Notes under the pieces: generated by a model
Database searches by the model: none
What the model was told of the DNA's origin: nothing
The model's input: the letters and a program-made list of their open reading frames with translations, nothing else
DNA from: a virus
Taxonomy: Duplodnaviria > Caudoviricetes
Direction: 5' to 3' (one strand)
IMG/VR virus record: IMGVR_UViG_3300030419_002074
Location: 1-61,789 of that record
DNA length: 61,789 bases
Shown here: positions 1-8,117 of the stretch, piece by piece
Layout of the letters: every line of letters starts with the position of its first letter
Numbering within the stretch: position 1 is the stretch's first letter
Made by a program: the position numbers and the translations under genes

Positions 1-224
1 ATAATGATCGTTGAAGCACCAATTCCAACCCATATCGCTATGATTTTAGCAAATGTTGTAGGAGAACTTGAAGATGAGTAATACAGTAACTTTAAGCAAG
101 CATGAGATGGTAGTGGACAGACATCACGAAATCCACATCACCACATGGCGAGGGATGGTCATTAGCGTAGACGGTCTACCAGACGACTGGGATTATACAA
201 TTCATGATGCGGAGCAAGATGTAG

Positions 225-446
225 ATGAGTAACAAAATATCATATGATTTTAATGTTGATAGTCTTATTAGTGTCGAAGCACCCATTGGTACTGATCCAG
301 ACGCATTGATCGAGCAGGTACTAGCAAAACTGATTTGTAGGGCAGCAGAAAAAGACCTTACGATTACTTTTGAGGATTTCTTTGACAAAGAGACAGGTGT
401 TTGGGATAATGATTGGGAGAACTATAATAGGGAGACAAGCAAATGA
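225..446 (+). CDS. small acidic hypothetical phage protein
   Basis: 73-aa ORF in a run of overlapping small + strand ORFs. Confidence 0.6.
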   Translation: MSNKISYDFNVDSLISVEAPIGTDPDALIEQVLAKLICRAAEKDLTITFEDFFDKETGVWDNDWENYNRETSK

Positions 447-613
447 CTGAAGTTAAGATTGAACTACAATTTGATAGATCAGATGTTACAAAGGAAGATG
501 TTTACGATTACCTTAAAGAGTTGATGGAGGATGATAGCTTAGACTTCTACTCCATCGCAATACACGAAAACGGTAAACAAAAAGAATTTGAGTGGGATAA
601 CACGGAGATTTAA
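443..613 (+). CDS. small hypothetical protein (56 aa)
   Basis: ATGA overlap with upstream stop, GGAG RBS; MTEVKIELQFDRSDVTKEDVY...; below ORF track cutoff. Confidence 0.55.
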   Translation: MTEVKIELQFDRSDVTKEDVYDYLKELMEDDSLDFYSIAIHENGKQKEFEWDNTEI

Positions 614-614
614 G

Positions 615-803
615 ATGAGCGATATTAAAACAGTATGGGAAGGTCAGTACATCAAGGTTGATTTAGTAGACACTACAACCGAGTGTACGGTAGCCAACAA
701 TGTCTACAGCCTAACAGAGATGTTAGACTTACATCAAGAACTTGTAGAGGCTTTTGACGTAACAATGAAAGAACTGGAAAAACTTAACCATGTTAGCGTG
801 TAG
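615..803 (+). CDS. hypothetical protein
   Basis: GGAG RBS before ATG 615 (MSDIKTVW...). Confidence 0.55.
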   Translation: MSDIKTVWEGQYIKVDLVDTTTECTVANNVYSLTEMLDLHQELVEAFDVTMKELEKLNHVSV

Positions 804-928
804 TCAGTGCTTTGTTAGTCTAGCCCAAGCTATTGCGATTGGAAGCAGTTGTTTGATACCAATAATACTTAGCAACGGAAAGTTATTCAAAAAGAAAAAG
901 AAAATTCAGAAAAAACTAAAGAAGACTC

Positions 929-956
929 TTGACATTGACGATAGATAGGGTATAAT
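929..956 (+). promoter_or_regulatory. sigma70-type promoter
   Basis: TTGACA-16nt-TATAAT, upstream A-tract/TAAAG, GACGATA in spacer. Confidence 0.75.
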
Positions 957-962
957 GAAAGA

Positions 963-1066
963 GACTGGCGAGGTCACAAGTGACGGTGTGATCCAAAACC
1001 GTAACCGAGCAACATGATATACCATCCCTTCGAGGAGTTGCGTAAGTCGGATAAGCCAGCTTTTTT
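963..1066 (+). ncRNA. candidate small structured RNA
   Basis: follows promoter 929-956; closing stem CTGGC/GCCAG then T6; internal helices CCGA/TCGG, GCAAC/GTTGC, GGTCACA/TGTGATC; no credible ORF. Confidence 0.45.
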
Positions 1067-1090
1067 CAAAAAAAAACTTAAAGTTTTTTC

Positions 1091-1119
1091 TTGACAAACG
1101 ACGATAACTATACTATAAT
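1091..1119 (+). promoter_or_regulatory. sigma70-type promoter
   Basis: TTGACA-17nt-TATAAT, spacer AACGACGATA. Confidence 0.8.
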
Positions 1120-1170
1120 AAAAGTAACGAATCAACCACTTTAACTTTTAATTTTGAGAAGGATTAGAAA

Positions 1171-2007
1171 ATGCTTAGTCACATTAAATCAAATGACAAT
1201 CACTGGACTGTTGTACTTGGCGGTCAGCCATTTCAGTTTGACCACACTCACCCAGAATATAATGGGCTTTGCGAGTGTGTTATGGCTGGAGATGAGAACG
1301 AGTTTGTAACTCTGTTCAATACGGGTACGGTCATCGAGAACTGGTCAGAAGGTAACTTCGAGTTTCGAGATGGTTTTCTATACTATGAAGACGAGCAGGT
1401 AGCGAGTCAGCCAACTGAGCGTATTATCGGGATGCTCAAGAATGGTTGGGATCATAAACCAATGCTCTCGTACCTAGACCGCCTTTATCAAAACGTCAGC
1501 AATCGTGCTGTACAGGAATCCTACACATGGTGTAGCCACAAGGGACTACCAATTACTGATGACGGAATGTTAATCGGTTACAAGGGTGTGTCCATCTACG
1601 AGGGCGAGGATCGCACAGATAAGAATGGTCGCACTCTGACCGCTGGCGATCATGTTGACAGGTATACTGGTAACTCGTTCCGAAATAATGTCGGTGATGA
1701 GTGCAGTATGAATCGTCGTAGAGTCAGCGACAACTGCAACGAAGGGTGTGCCGCAGGTCTGCATGTCGGTACTTACGAGTACGCCAATGACTGGGCTGGA
1801 AGCACTGGAATTGTATTGCTTGTTAAGTTCGATCCCGCTGACATCGTTAGCGTCCCTACTGACTGTAATTACTCCAAGATGCGAGTCAGCAAATACACTG
1901 TAGTCAGTGTTGCCCGTGAGCAACTCGAAGAAGAAGTGTTCATGGAAGACGAGTACGATGACCACTACGAAACAGAGGAGTACCAAGACGAACAATTAGA
2001 TTTCTAA
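1171..2007 (+). CDS. rIIB: rIIB-like protein
   Basis: LPITDDG..GYKGV, CAAGLHVG, VKFDPADIVSVPTDCNYSKMRV resemble the T4-type RIIB C-terminal motifs. Confidence 0.75.
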   Translation: MLSHIKSNDNHWTVVLGGQPFQFDHTHPEYNGLCECVMAGDENEFVTLFNTGTVIENWSEGNFEFRDGFLYYEDEQVASQPTERIIGMLKNGWDHKPMLSYLDRLYQNVSNRAVQESYTWCSHKGLPITDDGMLIGYKGVSIYEGEDRTDKNGRTLTAGDHVDRYTGNSFRNNVGDECSMNRRRVSDNCNEGCAAGLHVGTYEYANDWAGSTGIVLLVKFDPADIVSVPTDCNYSKMRVSKYTVVSVAREQLEEEVFMEDEYDDHYETEEYQDEQLDF

Positions 2008-2026
2008 TCGTGGTTGGTTAGAACGA

Positions 2027-2063
2027 GGTCGGGGTCGCTGGGATGCGGCTCCGGCTTTTCTTT
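2027..2063 (+). terminator. Rho-independent terminator
   Basis: GTCGGGGTCGC/GCGGCTCCGGC stem plus T tract. Confidence 0.75.
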
Positions 2064-2086
2064 ACACTTTTACCAAAGGAATAAAA

Positions 2087-2497
2087 ATGAAACATCTTAT
2101 TTTAGCAATGATGATTAGCCTGTTCAGCGTCAGCGTAGCAGATGCACAACAAAGAAAACCAGTATTCTTTGAGAGAGTTACTGTTGGTGATGTTCTCACA
2201 GGGACGGGACTTTACCTCAAAGAGGTAGGCTGTAAGACTGTGGCAGGAACCAAGAAGATTATTAAAGGAACAGGAGATATTATTACCTCTCCGTTTAGAG
2301 CTAGATTCAACTGGCCTAAGCCTAGAATGTTCAGATACGAACGAGGATTCTGGACTCCCTCCAAGATGGAAGAAGTGCCAATGACACCTCCAGAGATTGA
2401 TCTTGGAAGACCAGTAGAGCCAAAGGGATTGATATACCCCCTACATAGAGACATTGATAACCAAGAGTTTATTACGCTTGTAGAGTTTAATTTTTAA
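2087..2497 (+). CDS. secreted hypothetical protein
   Basis: signal peptide MKHLILAMMISLFSVSVADA; ends FITLVEFNF. Confidence 0.7.
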   Translation: MKHLILAMMISLFSVSVADAQQRKPVFFERVTVGDVLTGTGLYLKEVGCKTVAGTKKIIKGTGDIITSPFRARFNWPKPRMFRYERGFWTPSKMEEVPMTPPEIDLGRPVEPKGLIYPLHRDIDNQEFITLVEFNF

Positions 2498-2622
2498 TTG
2501 GAGTGTGTATGGTAAAGAACGAAGCAAATAATTTTATGTTAAAAGACTTTAGCTTAGGCTTTTTATCTGGCATTAGTTTGTCAATGTTAATTGTGATCTA
2601 CCGAACATTTGCGTAGTATCAC

Positions 2623-2695
2623 GCCCCGTTCGTCTAGTGGACTAGGACATCAGGTTTTCATCCTGAAGACAGGAGTTCAATTCTCCTACGGGGTA
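2623..2695 (+). tRNA. tRNA-Glu(UUC)
   Basis: cloverleaf; anticodon arm TCAGG-TTTTCAT-CCTGA; T loop TTCAATT; CCA not encoded. Confidence 0.93.
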
Positions 2696-2696
2696 C

Positions 2697-2976
2697 TGCC
2701 TTCGGGCATAAGCATGTAGACGTTATTATTGAATCAATACAGGACGCGGGTTCGACTCCCGCCGCCTCCACTCAACGACGAAGCGTAAATGGGGGCGAAA
2801 TGGCTTTCGACTGGTTGTGGATATAATGATTGCATGTCGTAGTTGATAGAAGGGCTACGTTAAAAATCTATCACAACTTCAAATGGCGTAGAGAATTACG
2901 CAATGGCCGCTTAGGTGGCCGATTGACCTACTTGTAGGTCACGGGGCTTGCCAGTGCCTTGTTACCAAAACTGGCA
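2697..2976 (+). ncRNA. ssrA: circularly permuted (two-piece) tmRNA; tag peptide (A)GVENYAMAA*
   Basis: acceptor piece ends GGACGCGGGTTCGACTCCCGCCGCCTCCA (2770) and precedes coding piece starting GGGGGCGAAATGGCTTTCGAC (2791); G3.U70 pair; pk1 CGTAGT/GCTACG + TGATAGA/TCTATCA; tag ORF 2885-2914. Confidence 0.92.
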
Positions 2977-2980
2977 CTAT

Positions 2981-3051
2981 GGTGCGGTGGATCGGTTATC
3001 CAAGCGAGTCTTATATACTCGCCTCCGTAGGTTCAATTCCTACCTGCACTA
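2981..3051 (+). tRNA. tRNA-Ile(UAU), short D arm
   Basis: acceptor GGTGCGG/CTGCACT; anticodon arm GCGAGT-CTTATAT-ACTCGC; T arm GTAGG-TTCAATT-CCTAC. Confidence 0.8.
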
Positions 3052-3056
3052 CTCAT

Positions 3057-3130
3057 GGACTCGTAGCTCAGTTGGTTAGAGCAGGGGACTCATAATCCCT
3101 TTGTCGGGGGTTCGAGTCCCTCCGAGTCTA
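3057..3130 (+). tRNA. tRNA with CAU anticodon (probably Ile2/lysidine type, else elongator Met)
   Basis: canonical cloverleaf; GGGGA-CTCATAA-TCCCT resembles tRNA-Ile2; lacks the initiator C1:A72 mismatch. Confidence 0.88.
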
Positions 3131-3134
3131 CTAT

Positions 3135-3206
3135 GGCCTGATAGTTAAACGGATATAACAAGGGTCTTCTAAACCCTAGTTCGAGGTTCGATTCCTCGTC
3201 GGGCTA
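3135..3206 (+). tRNA. tRNA-Arg(UCU)
   Basis: anticodon arm AGGGT-CTTCTAA-ACCCT; T loop TTCGATT. Confidence 0.92.
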
Positions 3207-3228
3207 CTTAAAATTTAATGGAGAATAA

Positions 3229-3405
3229 ATGAAACATCTAAAAGAAATGAACATGAGTTATTTACAGCACATGATTAGAGCTTTATGTATTTCATCAATA
3301 CTGTTTTTAGCCAGTGCTTGTTGTTTTGTTCACGCATTTATTCCCTGTCTGTTCGATTCGACAGCCACTACACTAATTAGCACCATCAAAGAGTCAGCAA
3401 AATAA
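3229..3405 (+). CDS. small membrane protein, DUF6356-like
   Basis: MKHLKEMNMSYLQHM...VHAFIPCLFDSTAT pattern; GGAG RBS. Confidence 0.6.
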   Translation: MKHLKEMNMSYLQHMIRALCISSILFLASACCFVHAFIPCLFDSTATTLISTIKESAK

Positions 3406-3406
3406 T

Positions 3407-3586
3407 ATGGCAAAGAAAAAAAAGTATACGCCGCCCAAGACGGATAAAAAAGAAATAGAAGAATTTAAGAAGCACTCAAAAATGATAGACGAAAAAACAA
3501 AAGCTATCTCAGAAACTTATAGGAAGTGGTGGGATAAGGACAAGGGAACATGGAAAAAAGGATACAAAGAAAATGGGGATTCGTGA
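3407..3586 (+). CDS. small basic hypothetical protein
   Basis: 59-aa Lys-rich ORF filling the gap between neighbours. Confidence 0.5.
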   Translation: MAKKKKYTPPKTDKKEIEEFKKHSKMIDEKTKAISETYRKWWDKDKGTWKKGYKENGDS

Positions 3587-3851
3587 AGAACTGGCTGGAA
3601 TTTACGGCGACGATCTTTTGTTTGCCGATGGCTATGACTCTGCTATTATTGGCGTTGCTGGTGGCTTCGATTCAGGAAGGGTGGTATACTCTATTCCGAA
3701 GATGATTGATTCCTGCATGAAGGAGGCCGGTATGGAATATCACGAATCTCTTGAATGGCTAGAATACAACACGTTTGGTGCTTACGTTGGGGATAATACC
3801 CCTATATATTTTGATGATGAAGTAATATCTTTTTTTAGGAATCAAGAATGA
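3573..3851 (+). CDS. conserved phage hypothetical protein
   Basis: ADGYDSAIIG...YNTFGAYVGDNTPIY, a motif common in aquatic phages. Confidence 0.75.
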   Translation: MGIREELAGIYGDDLLFADGYDSAIIGVAGGFDSGRVVYSIPKMIDSCMKEAGMEYHESLEWLEYNTFGAYVGDNTPIYFDDEVISFFRNQE

Positions 3852-4069
3852 GAAATACTATCGGAGAAGGGACTATGTGTCAAAGAGAAAGGCAACTCAT
3901 AAAATTAGCACTAAGTTATGCTTTGTCAAATTTAGATGATATAAACGAAGCCTTCAGTGACGATGAGGTTGTTAATGGATTTATTAAAATTTATAGCCAT
4001 CATGACTCAGAGATACTAAGAGAAGTGGAAGAACAAGAGATTTTAGACTTAATAGATTTGTTTGACTAA
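3848..4069 (+). CDS. hypothetical protein
   Basis: 73-aa ORF, ATGA overlap. Confidence 0.55.
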   Translation: MRNTIGEGTMCQRERQLIKLALSYALSNLDDINEAFSDDEVVNGFIKIYSHHDSEILREVEEQEILDLIDLFD

Positions 4070-4080
4070 AGAGGTCTACG

Positions 4081-4335
4081 ATGGACAAGGTGCAAAGATT
4101 TAGAAACCATATGGCCGAGAAAGGGTTTGAGTACACCATAGAAGAAGCCCGTGAGTTAATGTGGGAAATGGAAGATTACCTAGAGTTAATGTCTAGGCTA
4201 ACTTATAAACAACTAATAGCCATCACTAATAAAATAAGCGAAGCCGACAAAGAAAAGATACGACACTCTATCGGAGCCACTCAAGAGGAATTTGACAGGC
4301 TCGTAGAATTTATAATTGACATTCGTGGATTATAG
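4081..4335 (+). CDS. hypothetical protein
   Basis: GAGG RBS, 84 aa. Confidence 0.6.
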   Translation: MDKVQRFRNHMAEKGFEYTIEEARELMWEMEDYLELMSRLTYKQLIAITNKISEADKEKIRHSIGATQEEFDRLVEFIIDIRGL

Positions 4336-4343
4336 TGTATAAT
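4316..4343 (+). promoter_or_regulatory. sigma70-type promoter
   Basis: TTGACA-16nt-TATAAT with TG extension. Confidence 0.65.
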
Positions 4344-4368
4344 AATTAGAAACTTCAGGGAGTCAGCT

Positions 4369-4905
4369 ATGAACATTTTTGTACTTGATAAAGACCCAAC
4401 AGTGTCAGCACAGCAACACTGTGACAAACATTGTGTCAAGATGGTCTTAGAATTATACCAGCAACTAGGATCAGCCGTTCGTCGTCACGGAGCCACTGAT
4501 TCACAGATGCCTTTAACTCAATCAGGAAAACCTCTAAAGGGAGGGTATCATAATCATCCATGTACTAGGTGGTGTGGTGACAGTCGTTCTAATTTTGACT
4601 GGGCTGCTACACATGCGATTGCTCTGGCAGAAGAATACACGTTTAGATATGGCCGAAAACATGCGTGTGAAAACGGCATTAGGCATCTATCCAAGATGCG
4701 TCAAATGATTCCTACCGGAAGACTTACTAGATTCGCTCAAGCTATGCCAGACGAGTATCGTAACGATGATTCCGTACAAGCATATAGAGATTATTATTGG
4801 AAAGATAAGCGTGTCAATATCGACGTTCGATGGGATAATAATAGGGAAAAACCAAAGTGGTGGAAACAATTAGAACTTACTTGGAGTCAGCTAGATGCAG
4901 AATAA
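4369..4905 (+). CDS. pyrimidine-dimer DNA glycosylase / endonuclease V-like protein
   Basis: MNIFVLD..HCDKHCVKM..E, HNHPCTRW, EYTFRYGRKH, FAQAMP motifs. Confidence 0.8.
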   Translation: MNIFVLDKDPTVSAQQHCDKHCVKMVLELYQQLGSAVRRHGATDSQMPLTQSGKPLKGGYHNHPCTRWCGDSRSNFDWAATHAIALAEEYTFRYGRKHACENGIRHLSKMRQMIPTGRLTRFAQAMPDEYRNDDSVQAYRDYYWKDKRVNIDVRWDNNREKPKWWKQLELTWSQLDAE

Positions 4906-5350
4906 TATTGGAAGAATTATTTTTGGATGGGTCATAATTATCTCGACTGGTATGTTTGGATACTGGATTGGCAAAAACACGAACAATACCCAATCACAAC
5001 CTGAGAAAGAATTACAAAAGATTATAGACTACAACACACATTCCATCCAGTCGTTAGCTATAGCGGCTAAAACACAATCAAACAACGCAGACATACTACT
5101 TCAAATATTGAATGTTCTGGAGGGTAAGGCTGTAAAGGAATTGCCAAGAAGTATAAATGGACTCTTTCTTTCAGATATGCCTGACTTTGAAGTAGAGGAT
5201 GGCGATAACGATATACCTCTAACATTCGATCAAGTAACAAAAGATCAACTAGAATTAGATTTAGGTATAAGGTCTTTAGCGTCAGGCAATCTTTTTCAGG
5301 CCGATACACTTCATAATATTTTGAGAAAGATAAAAGATAGGGAACAATGA
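4895..5350 (+). CDS. membrane-anchored hypothetical protein
   Basis: N-terminal TM helix. Confidence 0.65.
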   Translation: MQNNIGRIIFGWVIIISTGMFGYWIGKNTNNTQSQPEKELQKIIDYNTHSIQSLAIAAKTQSNNADILLQILNVLEGKAVKELPRSINGLFLSDMPDFEVEDGDNDIPLTFDQVTKDQLELDLGIRSLASGNLFQADTLHNILRKIKDREQ

Positions 5351-5556
5351 AAACAAACATAAAGGGAGATTCGGGTTTATCTGATAGCGGTTTTTATTCG
5401 TGTCAGAGATTTATACAGAGAAAGCATCAAAAGGACTCTGAGTTTTTAGAGGAGTCTTCGAGGCTAGATTTGATGAAAAAAAGATTTGATTCTGTTGCCA
5501 AGCCTCCCCAGAATAAAAGTTTGTGGAATAAAATTAAGAGCTTCTTTGGGAAATAA
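5347..5556 (+). CDS. hypothetical protein
   Basis: 69-aa ORF, ATGA overlap. Confidence 0.5.
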   Translation: MKTNIKGDSGLSDSGFYSCQRFIQRKHQKDSEFLEESSRLDLMKKRFDSVAKPPQNKSLWNKIKSFFGK

Positions 5557-5557
5557 A

Positions 5558-6460
5558 ATGAAATACAATGTTGGAATCATCGGTAGAGGGTTTGTTGGTA
5601 ACGCTATACTGTCTCATCTAAATAACCAAGATTGCATTCGAGTTCTTTCTTATGACATAAAGGACAACATGACCATTGATGACGCTTACAGGGCTATTGT
5701 TAAGCGGTGTGAGTTTATCTACCTGTGCCTACCTACACCGTCAGATAAAGATGGAAAATGCTTTACAGATGGCCTTGACAATGCGTTAGCTGTACTTAGT
5801 CATCACGCATCAAACGAAAATAAATTTCCGATAGTATTTATTAAGTCTACTATGGTTCCCCAGACTACATGCAAGTTTCAGGAAAAATATAAGAACCTGA
5901 TATTAGTTTGTAACCCTGAGTTTTTAACAGAACGATCCGCCGAGCATGATGTATCCGTAACTACAAAACATCTAATAGGTATGCCGACTAAACAACGAGA
6001 GTTCATTGGGCTTGTAAGGGACTACCATGAAGCGGCTTGGCCTAATTCGGAGTGTGTATTCACTACTCCCGTTCATGCCGAGCTTATTAAATATACAACA
6101 AATACATTCTTCGCAACGAAAGTAATCTTTGCAAACCTCATGTTTGAATTATGTGCCAAGCTAGACATTGAATATAGTGACTTCATAGAGTCAGCATTAA
6201 AAGCTGACCCAAGACTAGGGGAGCTACATTGGGAAGTTCCCGGCCATGATGGTAAATTTGGATTTGGCGGCAAGTGTTTTCCAAAAGATTTACGAGGAAT
6301 GATTAGTTTATTAAACGAGAAAGAGATAGACGCTTCTCTACTTAAAGTTGTACAATCAAGTAACCTAAATATAAGAAAAGAGGAAGATCAATGTCAACAA
6401 GATTCGATAACAGAAGTGTGTCAACTTTTAAGAAAGACATTCACTTTGCCACAAAACTAG
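5558..6460 (+). CDS. UDP-glucose/GDP-mannose dehydrogenase family protein
   Basis: GIIGRGFVG Rossmann motif, CLPTP, IKST, NPEFL, AELIKY..N, GFGGKCFPKD. Confidence 0.88.
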   Translation: MKYNVGIIGRGFVGNAILSHLNNQDCIRVLSYDIKDNMTIDDAYRAIVKRCEFIYLCLPTPSDKDGKCFTDGLDNALAVLSHHASNENKFPIVFIKSTMVPQTTCKFQEKYKNLILVCNPEFLTERSAEHDVSVTTKHLIGMPTKQREFIGLVRDYHEAAWPNSECVFTTPVHAELIKYTTNTFFATKVIFANLMFELCAKLDIEYSDFIESALKADPRLGELHWEVPGHDGKFGFGGKCFPKDLRGMISLLNEKEIDASLLKVVQSSNLNIRKEEDQCQQDSITEVCQLLRKTFTLPQN

Positions 6461-7005
6461 AAAAGTATTTCTTTACTGAGTGGCTGGATAAAGTTGAGTC
6501 TGGAGCGTGCGGTCTGCATGTCTCAGAATGGAGCGACAATGGCTGCGGCAATGATGGAGAGTTTATTGCTAAGGGCAATACCGCTGGTGCTGACTATAAA
6601 ATATCTGGATCAATAAGAGGTGAAGGATTAGACGCAAAACTAACAGACGAGCCTTTAGAAATTAAATGGGTTCCTACTGCGGGTAAGTTTACATTAAAAG
6701 AAAATGATCTCAAGGCTTATGTAAGCGAGCAGGCCAGCATCCTGTTTATTTATAACTCAGTAAGATGCGGAACGAACCTTAGAAAGCCAAAGGATTATGA
6801 CTTTGATCGCCATATTAAATTAGTGGAGTCCAAGAGTCAGCAAATTAAGTGGGGAATCATGTGGTCTCCCAGAGTTAAAGAGCTTTACAACAGCACCAAG
6901 AAAGCTGCGGGTTTCAAGCCAATAAGTTATATGGGTGGCAAGTATGGCGTTGTTCTTAAGCAGCAAGACTTCAGTAAATGGTTTGTATCTTACGATTGGG
7001 AATAA
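6391..7005 (+). CDS. hypothetical protein, possible PD-(D/E)xK nuclease fold
   Basis: LEKYF...ADYKI...LEIKW spacing. Confidence 0.5.
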   Translation: MSTRFDNRSVSTFKKDIHFATKLEKYFFTEWLDKVESGACGLHVSEWSDNGCGNDGEFIAKGNTAGADYKISGSIRGEGLDAKLTDEPLEIKWVPTAGKFTLKENDLKAYVSEQASILFIYNSVRCGTNLRKPKDYDFDRHIKLVESKSQQIKWGIMWSPRVKELYNSTKKAAGFKPISYMGGKYGVVLKQQDFSKWFVSYDWE

Positions 7006-8064
7006 ATGAAAATAGTAGAAGAAACAAAATTAGATTTTGATGACATACTTTTAGTTCCTGCACGATCTCCTGCCGCCAGCAGGAAGGAAGTAGAATTAAA
7101 AAGAAACTTCAAATTTTTTCACTCACCGAAAGAGTGGCGTGGACTCCCCATCATGGCGGCCAACATGGACACTACCGGAACTTTCAATATGGGTTCCGCT
7201 TTGGCAAAACATGAGGCCGTAACATGCTTACATAAATTCAATGATCCCGACAGGGTTGTGGACTATTTTAAGTACTACAACATAGAGCCTAGTGTGTGGG
7301 TTTCTGTAGGTATGAATAAGGACGACTTGAATAAACTACATACTATCAAAAACGGAATTCACTCTGAACCAAATATTTGTATTGATATTGCCAACGGCTA
7401 CACTGAGAAATTTGTAGAATGGTGTTCCGTTGTTAGGTCGCACTTTCCAGAGTCAATCATCATGGCAGGAAATGTCTGTACACCTGAGATGGTTCAAGAG
7501 TTAGTTCTTCATGGCGGCGTAGATATAGTTAAAATAGGAATCGGGCCGGGGTCTGCCTGTACCACCAGACTTAAGACCGGAGTAGGATACCCTCAACTTT
7601 CAGCAATTATCGAATGTAGCCACGCTGCTCATGGATTAAAAAGTGGTGATGGAAAGATGGGTCTTATCTGTGCTGACGGGGGATGTAGAATACCGGCAGA
7701 TATTTGTAAGGCTTTTGCGGCAAACGCTGACTTTGTTATGCTTGGAGGAATGTTGGCTGGTACAGATGAATGTGAGGGAGAATGGGAATACTCTACTGAT
7801 GAAAAGAAAACAGCCCTTAAGTTTTATGGTATGTCTTCAAAGAAGGCACAAGATAAACATAATGGAGGTATGAACGGTTATGCTACTAGCGAGGGTAGAA
7901 TTAAAATTACTCCATACAGAGGGTCAGCGGATTCTGTTATAAGCGACATCAAAGGAGGTTTGCGTAGCTGTTGTGCATATATTGGTGCTACTCGGCTTAA
8001 GGATCTACCTAAATGTGCAAAAGCTATCAAAGTTAATAGAACTCATTTTGACAAAACGCTGTAA
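7006..8064 (+). CDS. guaC: GMP reductase
   Basis: LDFDDILL, AANMDTTGT, DIANGY, GIGPGSACTTR..TGVGYPQLSA, FYGMSS; no CBS domains. Confidence 0.92.
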   Translation: MKIVEETKLDFDDILLVPARSPAASRKEVELKRNFKFFHSPKEWRGLPIMAANMDTTGTFNMGSALAKHEAVTCLHKFNDPDRVVDYFKYYNIEPSVWVSVGMNKDDLNKLHTIKNGIHSEPNICIDIANGYTEKFVEWCSVVRSHFPESIIMAGNVCTPEMVQELVLHGGVDIVKIGIGPGSACTTRLKTGVGYPQLSAIIECSHAAHGLKSGDGKMGLICADGGCRIPADICKAFAANADFVMLGGMLAGTDECEGEWEYSTDEKKTALKFYGMSSKKAQDKHNGGMNGYATSEGRIKITPYRGSADSVISDIKGGLRSCCAYIGATRLKDLPKCAKAIKVNRTHFDKTL

Positions 8065-8068
8065 AATA

Positions 8069-8080
8069 TGCGTATATAAT
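8069..8080 (+). promoter_or_regulatory. putative phage (late-type) promoter TGCGTATATAAT
   Basis: similar motif recurs at 16294, 29381 and 36972. Confidence 0.4.
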
Positions 8081-8117
8081 ATTGATAAACACTACCCGTA
8101 TTTTTAGGGTAAGAAAA

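Noticed and set aside
1570-1995. Minus-strand ORFs overlapping well-supported genes (this one and many similar in the track)
   Set aside because: No recognisable motifs, and fully nested opposite genes with recognised motifs
1993-2007. C-terminal QLDF of the rIIB-like protein as a sliding-clamp motif
   Set aside because: Too short to support, and there is no functional context
2741-2770. Truncated tRNA or attachment-site remnant
   Set aside because: Explained as the acceptor piece of the permuted tmRNA, pairing with 2791-2797
3011-3016. Suppressor tRNA (UUA) or stop-codon recoding
   Set aside because: The 7-nt loop CTTATAT places UAU at positions 34-36; long genes are intact in the standard code and TAA, TAG and TGA all act as stops
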